The notes below the pieces were generated by a model, which saw nothing but the letters and a program-made list of their open reading frames with translations, made no database searches and was not told where the DNA came from. From Balanoglossus misakiensis (Eukaryota; Animalia; Hemichordata): a DNA stretch of 64,000 nt. How positions within the stretch are numbered: the stretch's first letter is position 1; the number at the start of each line of letters is the position of its first letter. Location of the stretch: assembly GCA_040954595.2 (NCBI GenBank), contig CM082579.2:15600550-15664549 (forward strand), written 5' to 3'. Shown one piece after another: positions 23,606 to 35,857 of this stretch. Both the position numbers and the translations under genes were made by a program.

Positions 23606-25600
23606 TTAAGTAAGCGCGCCGGAGGGAAAGTTTCCCGGGCAGCATGATTCCTTGCTTGGCGTGCACTGTTGCAGCAGTGTCGTGTGTGTGTGGAAGCCGG
23701 AGCAAGTGTTTCTCAAATCTCTTGTTGAGAACTTCACCAATAATTATCGTACGCCTTACAGTTTGTTTCTTTGTCTTTCAGGAGACAACGAAGAAAGAAG
23801 TGCGTCTGTGCTGATCGATCAGTGTTTTACTTTTAGTGAGTCTGCGTGTAGTGTGGTTGGTGGCCAGTTCCCACACTTTTTTGCATTCAGGAGTTTCCTT
23901 TATTAATCTTGCTTTCCTCAGTTGTTACCTTTCATATATTATATTGTATTTATTTGACAATAAAAATTAAAAAGGTAAATTTCATTAACTGTTATTGTTT
24001 GAGTATTACTGAACAGGCATTTTCCAGTCTGTGTAGGAGTAGTCTGTGTGGTTTTAGTTTGACTGACAATTGTCTAGTCTGCACTGTGCAGAGTTTCTGT
24101 GAACTGATATTTAGTCTAGTCTTTGCAGGGTGTGTGTGTGTGTGAACTGGCATTTGTCTGGGCTGTCTGTGCAGAGTGACAGTGAAAGGCTTTTGTCCAG
24201 TCTGGGCATAGTAACTGATTGGGCATTTATCAGTCTGTCTATGCAAGTCATATTTTTCTATAGTCATTTTCAGTCTTTTAACTGCAACATACTTTGTCTT
24301 TGTGAAGCTTTTCATAATGGTGAGAAAGGGGTCGTTTGTGTTTTCCTCCAAGAGTAGAGATAGTTTGCTGGTTTTAAATAGACTGCTGAGGTCTATGGCA
24401 AATGCCACAGATGGAAGGAATAACATTCTAAACTCCATAAAGACCACTATACATAACAAACTGTGAAAACACTAGAAGTGGTAAAAACACCAGTAGAAGT
24501 TATATTGACAGAGTAAGTGAAGATGATTCAATTCTAGAAATGATTATGAATGAAGAAACGGTGGATACTTTTGAAACGTTTGACATACTAGAGATAGAAG
24601 AGGTAGAACAGGAATACCAATTACCTGAGGAAGATTTACAAGAGAGTACAACAAATGCATATGAAAATGATACAAATAATTACAGTGATTATTCAGATAT
24701 GGAGTTAGAAAACTAAATGTAGAATTATAAGGCTGGCAATAATTTTATTGATTGAAAAAATATACATAAAATTCTTAAATTAGAAATAATCAAAAAGAAA
24801 AAAAAATGTTTTTAAAAATTGCCAAATTACCAATCAATGTCAGAAAAAGGAGAGTTGGACCAGTGTAGTCTGTTGTAGTACACCATGATTTTATTGTCAG
24901 ATACACCTCACAGTCACCACTATGCATACTATGTACATACTGTCTATGCAGACCGCCACTTATCCGGGTTAATCTCTAAAACACATGAATATCCATTGTC
25001 AAAACCTAGGCTGTTATCGAGCATTGATTGTCTCATTACTCATCTGCAATGTTATGTTCAGTGTAAAGTCCCGGCAGACTGCCGGGGACTGTGATTTGAT
25101 CAGCCGAGTTTCCGTGTTACGCAATCGAAACACCCTTACGGAGGTCCTATACATATAGTATGTTGCTTGAGAGGTCACATTCAACACTGCCTCGCGTCAA
25201 AGTGCTTCACCGTAGGCAAACCAAACTTGGCACAGTTATAGCTAATACATAGACCATGTAAAAAACCGTATTTACGCTTCTGCTCAAGACCCTCTAATTT
25301 TTGTATCGCTTCTCAAAAATTAGCATTCACATTCATAACATCGTACGATCGAGTCACTGCCACATCGCCAGTATGCAGGGTTTCAAAATAATTTATTACA
25401 GCTGAAACGAGCGTCATAAAACGTAAGACAACATCATTTTAGACAATAATTGATGGAAAACGAACCTTGTCATCCAAAATTAAAGCGTGTACACCTCTTT
25501 TCATGACAGCATGCAGGTTTCAAGTTTTCGGTAGGCCGCCATATTGGATAGAAGTGAAAACGAGGCTCTCTGTTGTAAGATTTTGGCGAATTTCAATAGG

Positions 25601-26176
25601 CTGAGATCAGACTGTACTACCACGTGAGGACACGTGTGATGACACTCTGCTTGATCTTGCTGATTTAAATCTAGGTGTCTTACTACCAATATGGGACACG
25701 CTATCTTCTGGCCCCACAGTGTCTGCCAACGTGGAATCATGCAGCCCATGGCGAAATAGCCAGGTGTCGACTACATGCTGAAATTCATCAAACCCAGTCA
25801 TACGTGGTAATGACCAACTGGTATACATATGTTGTTTTTCTTTTTCATCCAATGACTCATGGTATTTGACATCAGCCTCTTTGAAGTTTTCAAAGGCAAC
25901 ATCACATTCTTTCATTTTAGTTTTCACCAAAATACCATTGACTTTATCTTCCATCAGAGATGTTATCTGATTCATCAATGTTGTTACTCTACCATAGATG
26001 TGTGATCTGGTAGTTTTCAATCTTTCTCTTTCAGCTTCTTTGTGCTTGTCTGTTTTTATGGAGACACGCTTGGTGTTTTCTGGATTACCAGTAAACAAAT
26101 CATTTTTCTCTGTTTCCACCATGACCTTTGTATCATCATTGGTGGCCATTTTGCTTCTTATTCTGTATAAATTCAC
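25601..26176 (-). pseudogene. gag: BEL-2 A Gag N-terminus
   Basis: 189-aa ORF after the 5' leader with PEDSVS and a Ser-rich linker, as commonly seen at Bel/Pao gag N-termini. Confidence 0.75.
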
Positions 26177-26416
26177 TGTGCTGAATGATACCCAATGCGC
26201 CCTGTACGTACGATATGCGCGGTCGAGTACTAGTATGACACAATGACCTTGAAGCTTCTGACATGCGCAGTGGCGTCTTGACCACGAACGCCAGTTTTCC
26301 TCAGCTGAGCCGAGTCCAATGTACTGCTAGACAGGAAAATACTGATAATAAATCGCTGTCCTACCAGATTCTTTCTACCAATCTTCCGAAGGTGACAGTT
26401 TCTGCCCGGTCGATCA

Positions 26417-26427
26417 CAGTTTTCTAC
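26417..26427 (-). promoter_or_regulatory. BEL-2 non-tRNA PBS candidate GTAGAAAACTG, complementary to the LTR segment 26648-26658
   Basis: Abuts the 5' LTR; exact 11-nt reverse complement lies inside the LTR; no TGG tRNA-type PBS. Confidence 0.7.
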
Positions 26428-26813
26428 TGTAGTAACCTCGATGTGCCGTCTCAAATGGCGCCCTAATTCACATCAAAGGCCACAGGGTTCTATACTATTT
26501 GCCGTTAACTAACTGGAGCTCACCATCGCCGACGAACATTCCTTGTCAGATGTCACAGAAAACGCTGCTCGGAACTTTACACGAACATTTAATGACTGAA
26601 CATACAACACTGGCACTGGATGATGCGTCGCGGTGGTTAAAGTTTCCGTAGAAAACTGCCAAAATCCCCAGGCTAACTGTGCAAAAGTCCTCACATGTGC
26701 GCCATGGAATTTTCCAGATATTTTCTAAACAAAAGCGCATGCGCTAATGTACTCACAGCGCGAGGGCGCTAGACTAAATATTTCAGTTTCTCTAACAACT
26801 GGGCGTCCTTACA
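26428..26813 (-). repeat. BEL-2 5' LTR (386 bp)
   Basis: Repeat of 17157-17543; followed by TSD ACCAG. Confidence 0.95.
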
Positions 26814-29800
26814 ACCAGTGTGCAACTGTTTCTGCTCTAGAGTGTCAGGATTTTAGCCGACTTATGCTGTAGGAAATCTGAGTTGATGAACGGGAATTCA
26901 TTGTTAGAAAACCCGTGTGGAAAGTATCTCTACCCGTTTCAAACTAAGAAAAGAATTTATTCTTATTTATTTTGTAAAAAAGACAATATTTCGAAAAAAA
27001 GTCGAAAATGGTAATTTTGTCTTGGGTGATTCAAATTATACCGCCTTTTCTGGAATTTGCAGCACTTTTTACAAGAGAACGACACTTCATGATCCATAAT
27101 ATTTCCGAAAATGAAGAAAAGAGTTAATTTTTCATGATTTTTTAAAAATTTACCATTTTTGTCAAAATATGGCCAAAATGGCTATTTTTTCTTGAATTCC
27201 GTCAATATCTCTGCATTTTTGGAGTGGTCGAAAGTTTTAACATACAATCAACATGTCATATATGATCGGGGCACCAAATTCGAAAAAGAAAGGTTTTTTT
27301 TTTTTTTTTTTCTAAAGATGACATTTTCAAGGAAAATTTGGTAAAACGCAATTTTGTCTGCAGTGAGCCAAATTAGACGGTATTTTGTGGAATTTGTATC
27401 GATATATACATACGAAGAGCATTCTATACTCCATCAGATTTCCGAAAATGTAGAAAACAGGTATTTTTTGTAATTTTCAAAAATTTACCATTTTGACCAA
27501 ATTGTGGCTAAAATTGTTATTTTCGTGTTGAATGCCGCCAGTGTCACTGCTTTTAAAAGTCATAAAAACTTTTAACAAACAAGCAATTCTTTATATATGA
27601 TCAGGTCACCGAATTAAAAAAATAAAGAATGTTTTGCCTAAAAATGACCTTTTAGGTGCAAAAACGAATAAAACGCAATTTTGTATTAAATCAGCTCATT
27701 CAGAGTGCATTTTTTATAATCAGCACCATTTTTACATATACTGGAAATTTAATACATCATCAGATATCCAAATATGAAAAAATGATTTAGATTTAAGATG
27801 ATTGTCCAAAATTAGCTGATATCTAATAAATGTAGTATTGAACCGTTCTGTCCCCCCCCCCCCTACATTATATGCGGTACGCCGATGTCAGCTTACCCGG
27901 CAGTACTGCAGGCCGTGCCCCCAACTAACGTCGGTGTTTGAAACGCCCTGGTAAAATTCGGGCTTTCTCTATAAATTGACAGGCAATAATGCAGTCCTAC
28001 CCGAACAAATGTCGAGTGTTGACCCGCTGTGACTTTCCCTCTTCGGTTTGCCCGATTAGCCAACGTCTTTGTACTAGAGTGTCGGGTCTTTTGCAGAGCC
28101 AGGCCGAAGGAAATCCGACTTGATCACCGTTGCTAACGAACGCTAGTGTCTGTCATGGCGTGCCGGGGTTTTAGTCGAGCCAGGCCGTAGGAGATCTGAC
28201 TTGATCATCGTGGTCAATGTACGCGTGTTTCCGCTCTAAAGTGCCGGGGCTTCAGCTAAACCAGGCCGTAGGAAATCCGACGTAATCACCGTTGATAACT
28301 TGCGCCAGTCTGTCTCATATAGAGCCGGTGCACCAGCCGAGTCACGCCGTAGGAAATCTGACTTGATCAACGTGGTCAATGCACGCCTGTTTCTGCTCTA
28401 GAGTGCCGGGGCTTCAGCTGAGCCAGGCCGTAGGAAACCCGACGTGATTACCGTTGTTTACTTACGCCAGTCTGTGTCCTATATATAGTGCCGGGGCATC
28501 AGCCGTGCCAGGCCGAAGGAAATGTGAGTAGATCAACGTGGTCTCTGTACGCGTGTTTCTGCTCTAGAGAGCCAGAGCTTTAGCCAAGCCATGCCGTAGG
28601 AAATCTGACTTGATCAACGTTGCTAACGAACGCTAGTGTCTGTCATAGTGTGCCGGGGTTTTAGTCGAGCCAAGCCGTAGGAGATCAGACTTGATCAACG
28701 TGGTCTCTGTACGCGTGTTTCTGCTCTAGAGTGCCAGGGCTTTAGCCAAACCATGCCGTAGGAAATCTGACTTGATCACCGTTGCTAACGTACGCTAGTG
28801 TCTGTCATATTGTGACGGAGATTTAGCCGAGCCAGGCCATAGAAAAATCGACTTGTTCAACGTTACCAGTGTGCAACAGTTTCTGCTCTAGAGTGTCAGG
28901 GTTTTAGCCGACTTATGCTGTAGGAAATCTGAGTTGATGAACGGGAATTCAATTTTAGAAACCCGAGTGGAAAGTATCTCTACCCGTTTGAAACTAAGAA
29001 AAGAATTTATTCTTATTTATTTTGTAAAAAAGACAATTTTTCGAAAAAAAGTCGAAAATGGTAATTTTGTCTTGGGTGATTCAAATTATACCGCCTTTTC
29101 TGGAATTTGCAGCACTTTTTACAAGAGAACGACACTTCATGCTCCATAATATTTCCGAAAATGAAGAAAAGAGTTATTTTTTTATGATTTTTTAAAAATT
29201 TACCTTTTTTGTCAAAATATGGCCAAAATGGCTATTTTTTATTGAATTCCGTCAATATCTCTGCATTTTTGGAGTGATCGAAAGTTTTAACATACAATCA
29301 ACATGTCATATATGATCAGGGCACCAAATTCGAAGAACAAAGGTTTTTTTAGTTTTTTTTCTAAAAATGACATTTTCAAGGAAAATTTGGTAAAAAGCAA
29401 TTGTGTCTGCAGTGAGCCAAATTAGACGGTCTTTTGAGGAATTTGTATCGATATATACATACGAAGAGCATTCTATACTCCATCAGATTTCCGAAAATGT
29501 AGAAAACAGGTCTTTTTTGTAATTTTCAAAAATTTACCATTTTGACCAAATTGTGGCTAAAATTGTTATTTTCGTGTTGAATGCCGCCAGTGTCACTGCT
29601 TTTAAAAGTCATAAAAACGTTTAACATACAAGCAATTGTTTATATATGATCAGGTCACCGAATTAAAAAAAATAAAGAATGTTTTGCCTAAAAATTACCT
29701 TTTTGGTGCAAAAACGCAATTTTGTATTAAATCAGCTCATTCAGAGTGCATTTTTTATAATCAGCACCATTTTTACATAAAATGGAAATTTCATACATCA

Positions 29801-32800
29801 TCAGATATCCAAATATGAAAAAATGATTTAGATTTTAGATGATTGTCCAAAATTAGCTGATATCTAATAAATGTAGTATTGAACCGTTCTGTCCCCCCCC
29901 CCCTACATTATATGCGGTACGCCGATGTAAGCTTACCCGGCAGTACTGCAGGCCGTGCCCCCAACTAACGTCGGTGTTTGAAACGCCCTGGTTAAATTCG
30001 GGCTTTCTCTATAAATTGACAGGCAATAATGCAGTCCTACCCGAACAAATGTCGAGTGTTGACCCGCTGTGACATTCCCTCTTCGGTTTGCCCGACTTAG
30101 CCGACGTCTTTGTACTAGAGTGTCGGGTCTTTTGCAGAGCCAGGCCGAAGGAAATCCGACTTGATCACCGTTGCTAACGAACGCTAGTGTCTGTCATGGT
30201 GTGCCGGGGTTTTAGTCGAGCCAGGCCGTAGGAAATCTGACTTGATCAACGTGGTCAATGTACGCCTGTTTCTGCTCTAGAGTGCCGGGGCTTCAGCTGA
30301 GCCAGGCCGTAGGAAACCCGACGTGATTACCGTTGTTAACTTACGCCAGTCTGTGTCATATATATAGTGCCGGGGCATCAGCCGTGCCAGGCCGAAGGAA
30401 ATGTGAGTAGATTAACGTGGTCTCTGTACGCGTGTTTCTGCTCTAGAGTGCCAGGGTTTTAGCCAAGCCAAGCCGTAGGAAATCTGACTTGATCAACGTT
30501 GCTAACGAACGCTAGTGTCTGTCATAGTGTGCCGGGGTTTTAGTCGAGCCAAGCCGTAGGAGATCAGACTTGATCAACGTGGTCTCTGTACGCGTGTTTC
30601 TGCTCTAGAGTGCCGGGGCTTCAGCTGAGCCAGGCCGTAGGAAACCCGACGTGATTACCGTTGTGTAACTTACGCCAGTCTGTGTCCTATATATAGTGCC
30701 GGGGCATCAGCCGTGCCAGGCCGAAGGAAATGTGAGTAGATCAACGTGGTCTCTGTACGCGTGTTTCTGCTCTAGAGTGCCAGGGCTTTAGCCAAGCCAT
30801 GCCGTAGGAAATCTCACTTGATCACCGTTGCTAACGTACGCTAGTGTCTGTCATATTGTGACGGAGATTAAGCCGAGCCAGGCCGTAGAAAAATCGACTT
30901 GTTCAACGTTTCCAGTGTGCAACTGTTTCTGCTCTAGAGTGTCAGGGTTTTAGCCGACTTATGCTGTAGGAAATCTGAGTTGATGAACGGGAAGTCAATG
31001 TTAGGAAACCCGTGTGGAAAGTATCTCTACCCGTTTGAAACTAAGAAAAGAATTTATTCTTATTTATTTTGTAAAAAAGACAATTTTTCGAAAAAAAGTC
31101 GAAAATGGTAATTTTGTCTTGGGTGATTCAAATTATACCGCCTTTTCTGGAATTTGCAGCACTTTTTACAAGAGAACGACACTTCATGCTCCATAATATT
31201 TCCGAAAATGAAGAAAAGAGTTAATTTTTTATGATTTTTTAAAAATTTACCATTTTTGTCAAAATATGGCCAAAATGGCTATTTTTTCTTGAATTCCGTC
31301 AATATCTCTGCATTTTTGGAGTGGTCGACAGTTTTAACATACAATCAACATGTCATATATGATCAGGGCACCAAATTCGAAGAACAAAGGTTTTTTTATT
31401 TGTTTTTCTAAAAATGACATTTTCAAGGAAAATTTGGTAAAACGCAATTTTGTCTGCAGTGAGCCAAATTAGACGGTCTTTTGTGGAATTTGTATCGATA
31501 TATACATACGAAGAGCATTCTATACTCCATCAGATTTCCGAAAATGTAGAAAACAGGTATTTTTTATAATTTTCAAAAATTTACCATTTTGACCAAATTG
31601 TGGCTAAAATTGTTATTTTCGTGTTGAATGCCGCCAGTGTCACTGCTTTTAAAAGTCATAAAAACTTTTAACATACAAGCAATTGTTTATATATGATCAG
31701 GTCACCGAATTAAAAAAATAAAGAATGTTTTGCCTAAAAATGACCTTTTTGGTGCAAAAACGAATAAAACGCAATTTTGTATTAAATCAGCTCATTCAGA
31801 GTGCATTTTTTATAATCAGCACCATTTTTACATATAATGGAAATTTCCTACATCATCAGATATCCAAATATGAAAAAAATGATTTAGATTTTAGATGATT
31901 GTCCAAAATTAGCTGATATCTAATAAATGTAGTATTGAACCGTTCCGTTCCCCCCCCCCCCCCCTTACATTATATGCGGTACGCCGATGTCAGCTTACCC
32001 GGCAGTACTGCAGGCCGTGCCCCCAACTAACATCGGTGTTGGAAACGCCCTGGTTAAATTCGGGCTTCCTCTATAAATTGACAGGCAATAATGCAGTCCT
32101 ACCCGAACAAATGTCGAGTGTTGACCCGCTGTGACTTTCCCTCTTCGGTTTGCCCGACTTAGCCAACGTCTTTGTACTAGAGTGTCGGGTCTTTTGCAGA
32201 GCCAGGCCGAAGGAAATCCGACTTGATCACCGTTGCTAACGAACGCTAGTGTCTGTCATGGTGTGCCGGGGTTTTAGTCGAGCCAGGCCGTAGGAGATCT
32301 GACTTGATCATCGTGGTCAATGTACGCGTGTTTCCGCTCTAAAGTGCCGGGGCTTCAGCTAAACCAGGCCGTAGGAAATCCGACGTAATCACCGTTGATA
32401 ACTTACGCCAGTCTGTCTCATATAGAGCCGGTGCACCAGCCGAGTCACGCCGTAGGAAATCTGACTTGATCAACGTGGTCAATGTACGCCTGTTTCTGCT
32501 CTAGAGTGCCGGGGCTTCAGCTGAGCCAGGCCGTAGGAAACCCAACGTGATTACCGTTGTTAACTTACGCCAGTCTGTGTCCTATATATAGTGCCGGGGC
32601 ATCAGCCGTGCCAGGCCGAAGGAAATGTGAGTAGATCAAGGTGGTCTCTGTAGGCGTGTTTCTGCTCTAGAGTGCCAGGGCTTTAGCCAAGCCATGCCGT
32701 AGGAAATCTGACTTGATCAACGTTGCTAACGAACGCTAGTGTCTGTCATGGTGTGCCGGGGTTTTAGTCCAGCCAGGCCGTAGGAGATCTGACTTGATCA

Positions 32801-34474
32801 TCGTGGTCAATGTACGCGTGTTTCCGATCTAAAGTGCCGGGGCTTCAGCTAAACCAGGCCGTAGGAAATCTGACTTGATCACCGTTGCTAACGTACGCTA
32901 GTGTCTGTCATATTGTGACGGAGATTTAGCCGAGCCAGGCCGTAGAAAAATCGACTTGTTCAACGTTACCAGTGTGCAACTGTTTCTGCTCTAGAGTGTC
33001 TGGGTTTTAGCCGACTTATGCTGTAGGAAATCTGAGTTGATGAACGGGAATTCAATGTTAGAAAACCCGTGTGGAAAGTATCTCTACCCGTTTGAAACTA
33101 AGAAAAGAATTTATTCTTATTTATTTTGTAAAAAGACAATTTTTCGAAAAAAAGTCGAAAATGGTAATTTTGTCTTGGATGATTCAAATTATACCACATT
33201 TTCTGGAATTTGCAGCACTTTTTACAAGAGAACGACACTTCATGCTCCATAATATTTCCGAAAATGAAGAAAAGAGTTAATTTTTTATGATTTTTTAAAA
33301 AATTACCATTTTTGTCAAAATATGGCCAAAATGGCTATTTTTTCTTGAATTCCGTCAATATCTCTGCATTTTTGGAGAGGTCGAAAGTTTTAACATACAA
33401 TCAACATGTCATATATGATCAGGGCACCAAATTCGAAGAACAAAGGTTTTTTATTTTTTTCTAAAAATGACATTTTCAAGGAAAATTTGGTAAAACGCAA
33501 TTTTGTCTGCAGTGAGCCAAATTAGACTGTATTTTGTGGAATTTGTATCGATATATACATACGAAGAGCATTCTATACTCCATCAGATTTCCGAAAATGT
33601 AGAAAACAGGTATTTTTTGTAATTTTCAAAAAATTACCATTTTGACCAAATTGTGGCTAAAATTGTTATTTTCGTGTTGAATGCCGCCAGTGTCACTGCT
33701 TTTAAAAGTCATAAAAACTTTTAACATACAAGCAATTGTTTGTATATGATCAGGTCACCGAATTAAAAAAAATAAAGAATGTTTTGCCTAAAAATGACCT
33801 TTTTGGTGCAAAAACGAATAAAACGCAATTTTGTATTAAATCAGCTCATTCAGAGTGCATTTTTTATAATCAGCACCATCTTTACATATAATAGAAATTT
33901 CATACATCATCAGATATCCAAATATGAAAAAATGATTTAGATTTTAGATGATTGTCCAAAATTAGCTGATATCTAATAAATGTAGTATTGAACCGTTTTG
34001 TTCCCCCCCCCCCTACATTATATGCGGTACGCCGATGTCAGCTTACCCGGCAGTACTGCAGGCCGTGCCCCCCCCCCCCCCCCAACTAACGTCGGTGTTT
34101 GAAACGCCCTGGTTAAATTCGGGCTTTCTCTATAAATTGACAGGCAATAATGCAGTCCTACCCGAACAAATGTCGAGTGTTGACCCGCTGTGACTTCCCC
34201 TCTTCGGTTTGCCCGACTTAGCCAACGTCTTTGTACTAGAGTGTCGGGTCTTTTGCAGAGCCAGGCCGAAGGAAATCCGACTTGATCACCGTTGCTAACG
34301 AACGCTAGTGTCTGTCATGGTGTGCCGGGGTTTTAGTCGAGCCAGGCCGTAGGAGATCTGACTTGATCATCGTGGTCAATGTACGCGTGTTTCCGCTCTA
34401 AAGTGCCGGGGCTTCAGCTAAACCAGGCCGTAGGAAATCCGACGTAATCACCGTTGATAACTTACGCCAGTCTG
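26814..34474 (+). repeat. Sat1 block 3
   Basis: Landmarks at 26917, 28967, 31014, 33071 (periods 2047-2057). Confidence 0.95.
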
Positions 34475-34684
34475 GATGGAGGGCGCTAGAGTCAGCCATC
34501 TACGGAAGCAGATTTCTAGCACGCTCAGAGTTTTCATCGTTTTTTCACGTGAAATCGGTGAATTTTGTGGCGAAACTGAAGGTATATGCTTTTGGATAGA
34601 TACTTGCAGCTAACTCGAGAGCAAAGAAGCATTTTGATTCTCAGAAGAAAGACATTTTGCTAGTTTTCGTGGTCTCGAGCAAGC

Positions 34685-35857
34685 ATGGCCGTCAGAGACA
34701 AAGCCAGTTATGCGCAGGTGATGACGACCAAACGCCTGCAAGACAAAGACGGTGAAGTAGGAGTTCTACCCGTCTTTCTGAAGCAGTCGGACATAGTTCC
34801 CAGGGACAGTAATCAATGGCTATGAGGTGAGGAAATTATAGCAGCCGTTTCAGAAGTTGTCACCATCGGCAGCTTGGAAGGGTTGCAACGGATAAGAGGT
34901 CTGTGGCGTATTTATATGAATGACGAAGCAGACCGGACAATTTTGTTACAACATGGACTCACACTACGCGGGAAGTCGATAGAGCTGTGGGGGCGAAATC
35001 CCTTCCGAAGAGAGTTTCATGAAGATTGGTTGAGATTAACGATAAAAGATCTACCATTGTCACACGATGATGATGCTATTGCCGCTACACTTACTGGTTT
35101 GGGCTGTAAGCTCAAAACAGATATATCCAGACAGAAATGGAGGTTAGAAGGCAAGTTGACAAACATTCTTAATGGGGATCGAACTGTGTTCATCGAAAAA
35201 CCAAAGACACCATTACCAGCTCAGGTTAAGATCGGTGCATTTTACGCGAAGATTATTTATAAACAATCCACAGCGGAGACGCAGCCACGATGCGGCAAAT
35301 GCTTAGAGGAGGGACATACTGCGTACAATTGCACTGGACAAATCAAATGCAGACTCTGTAAAAGAGAGGGGCATATTGCAAGAAATTGTATGACTTCTCA
35401 GGTACACGAAGAATTAACGTCTCAGTCCACCAAATACACAATGCAGAAAAGGTCTACGAATCCTGCCGATGCGGTATCGAGACTAGAAAGTGACAGCACA
35501 CCGTTACAAGGAACATCCAGGCGTGAAACGGGGGACGAAGACCGTGTTGAGAAACCGCAAAGTCTGGCAAACAAAGCACCTGAGCCCTCGAGCTCGAGCG
35601 TTAAATCACAAAGCTCAATTTTAGCGTTCTTAAAAGAGAACAGAGACGATAGACAAAACGATACTAGTGTCAGTGAAGGTGATGTAACGGATATTGAAGG
35701 TGGCGAGGACCGGCGTTATGACACATCAAGAGAAAATTTCTCTGAATTGTCTGCTGAATCGCCACCACTGTTGTCATTGACCCAAAGCAAAGAAAATAAG
35801 AAAAAACGTAAAAGAAGACGAAAGCAGCAGCAGCAAGTCAGAATCAAAGGCTACTGA
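34685..35857 (+). pseudogene. LINE ORF1 with two CCHC zinc knuckles; one in-frame stop at 34823
   Basis: ATG at 34685 is in frame with ORF 34874-35857; CGKCLEEGHTAYNC and CRLCKREGHIARNC; basic C-terminal patch. Confidence 0.88.

Larger units (their letters stand above)
21362..25600. mobile_element. 4.2-kb foreign block interrupting BEL-2 gag (unclassified; hosts a LINE and a MITE)
   Basis: Gag-coding sequence stops near 21361 and resumes near 25601; CTGA on both sides may be a 4-bp duplication; no clear TIRs. Confidence 0.6.
17157..26813 (-). mobile_element. Bel/Pao LTR retrotransposon BEL-2 copy A, internally deleted, with a nested insert
   Basis: LTRs 17157-17543 and 26428-26813 with TG..CA ends; TSD ACCAG (17152-17156 and 26814-26818); Bel/Pao gag, PR and RH ORF remnants on the minus strand. 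Confidence 0.96.
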
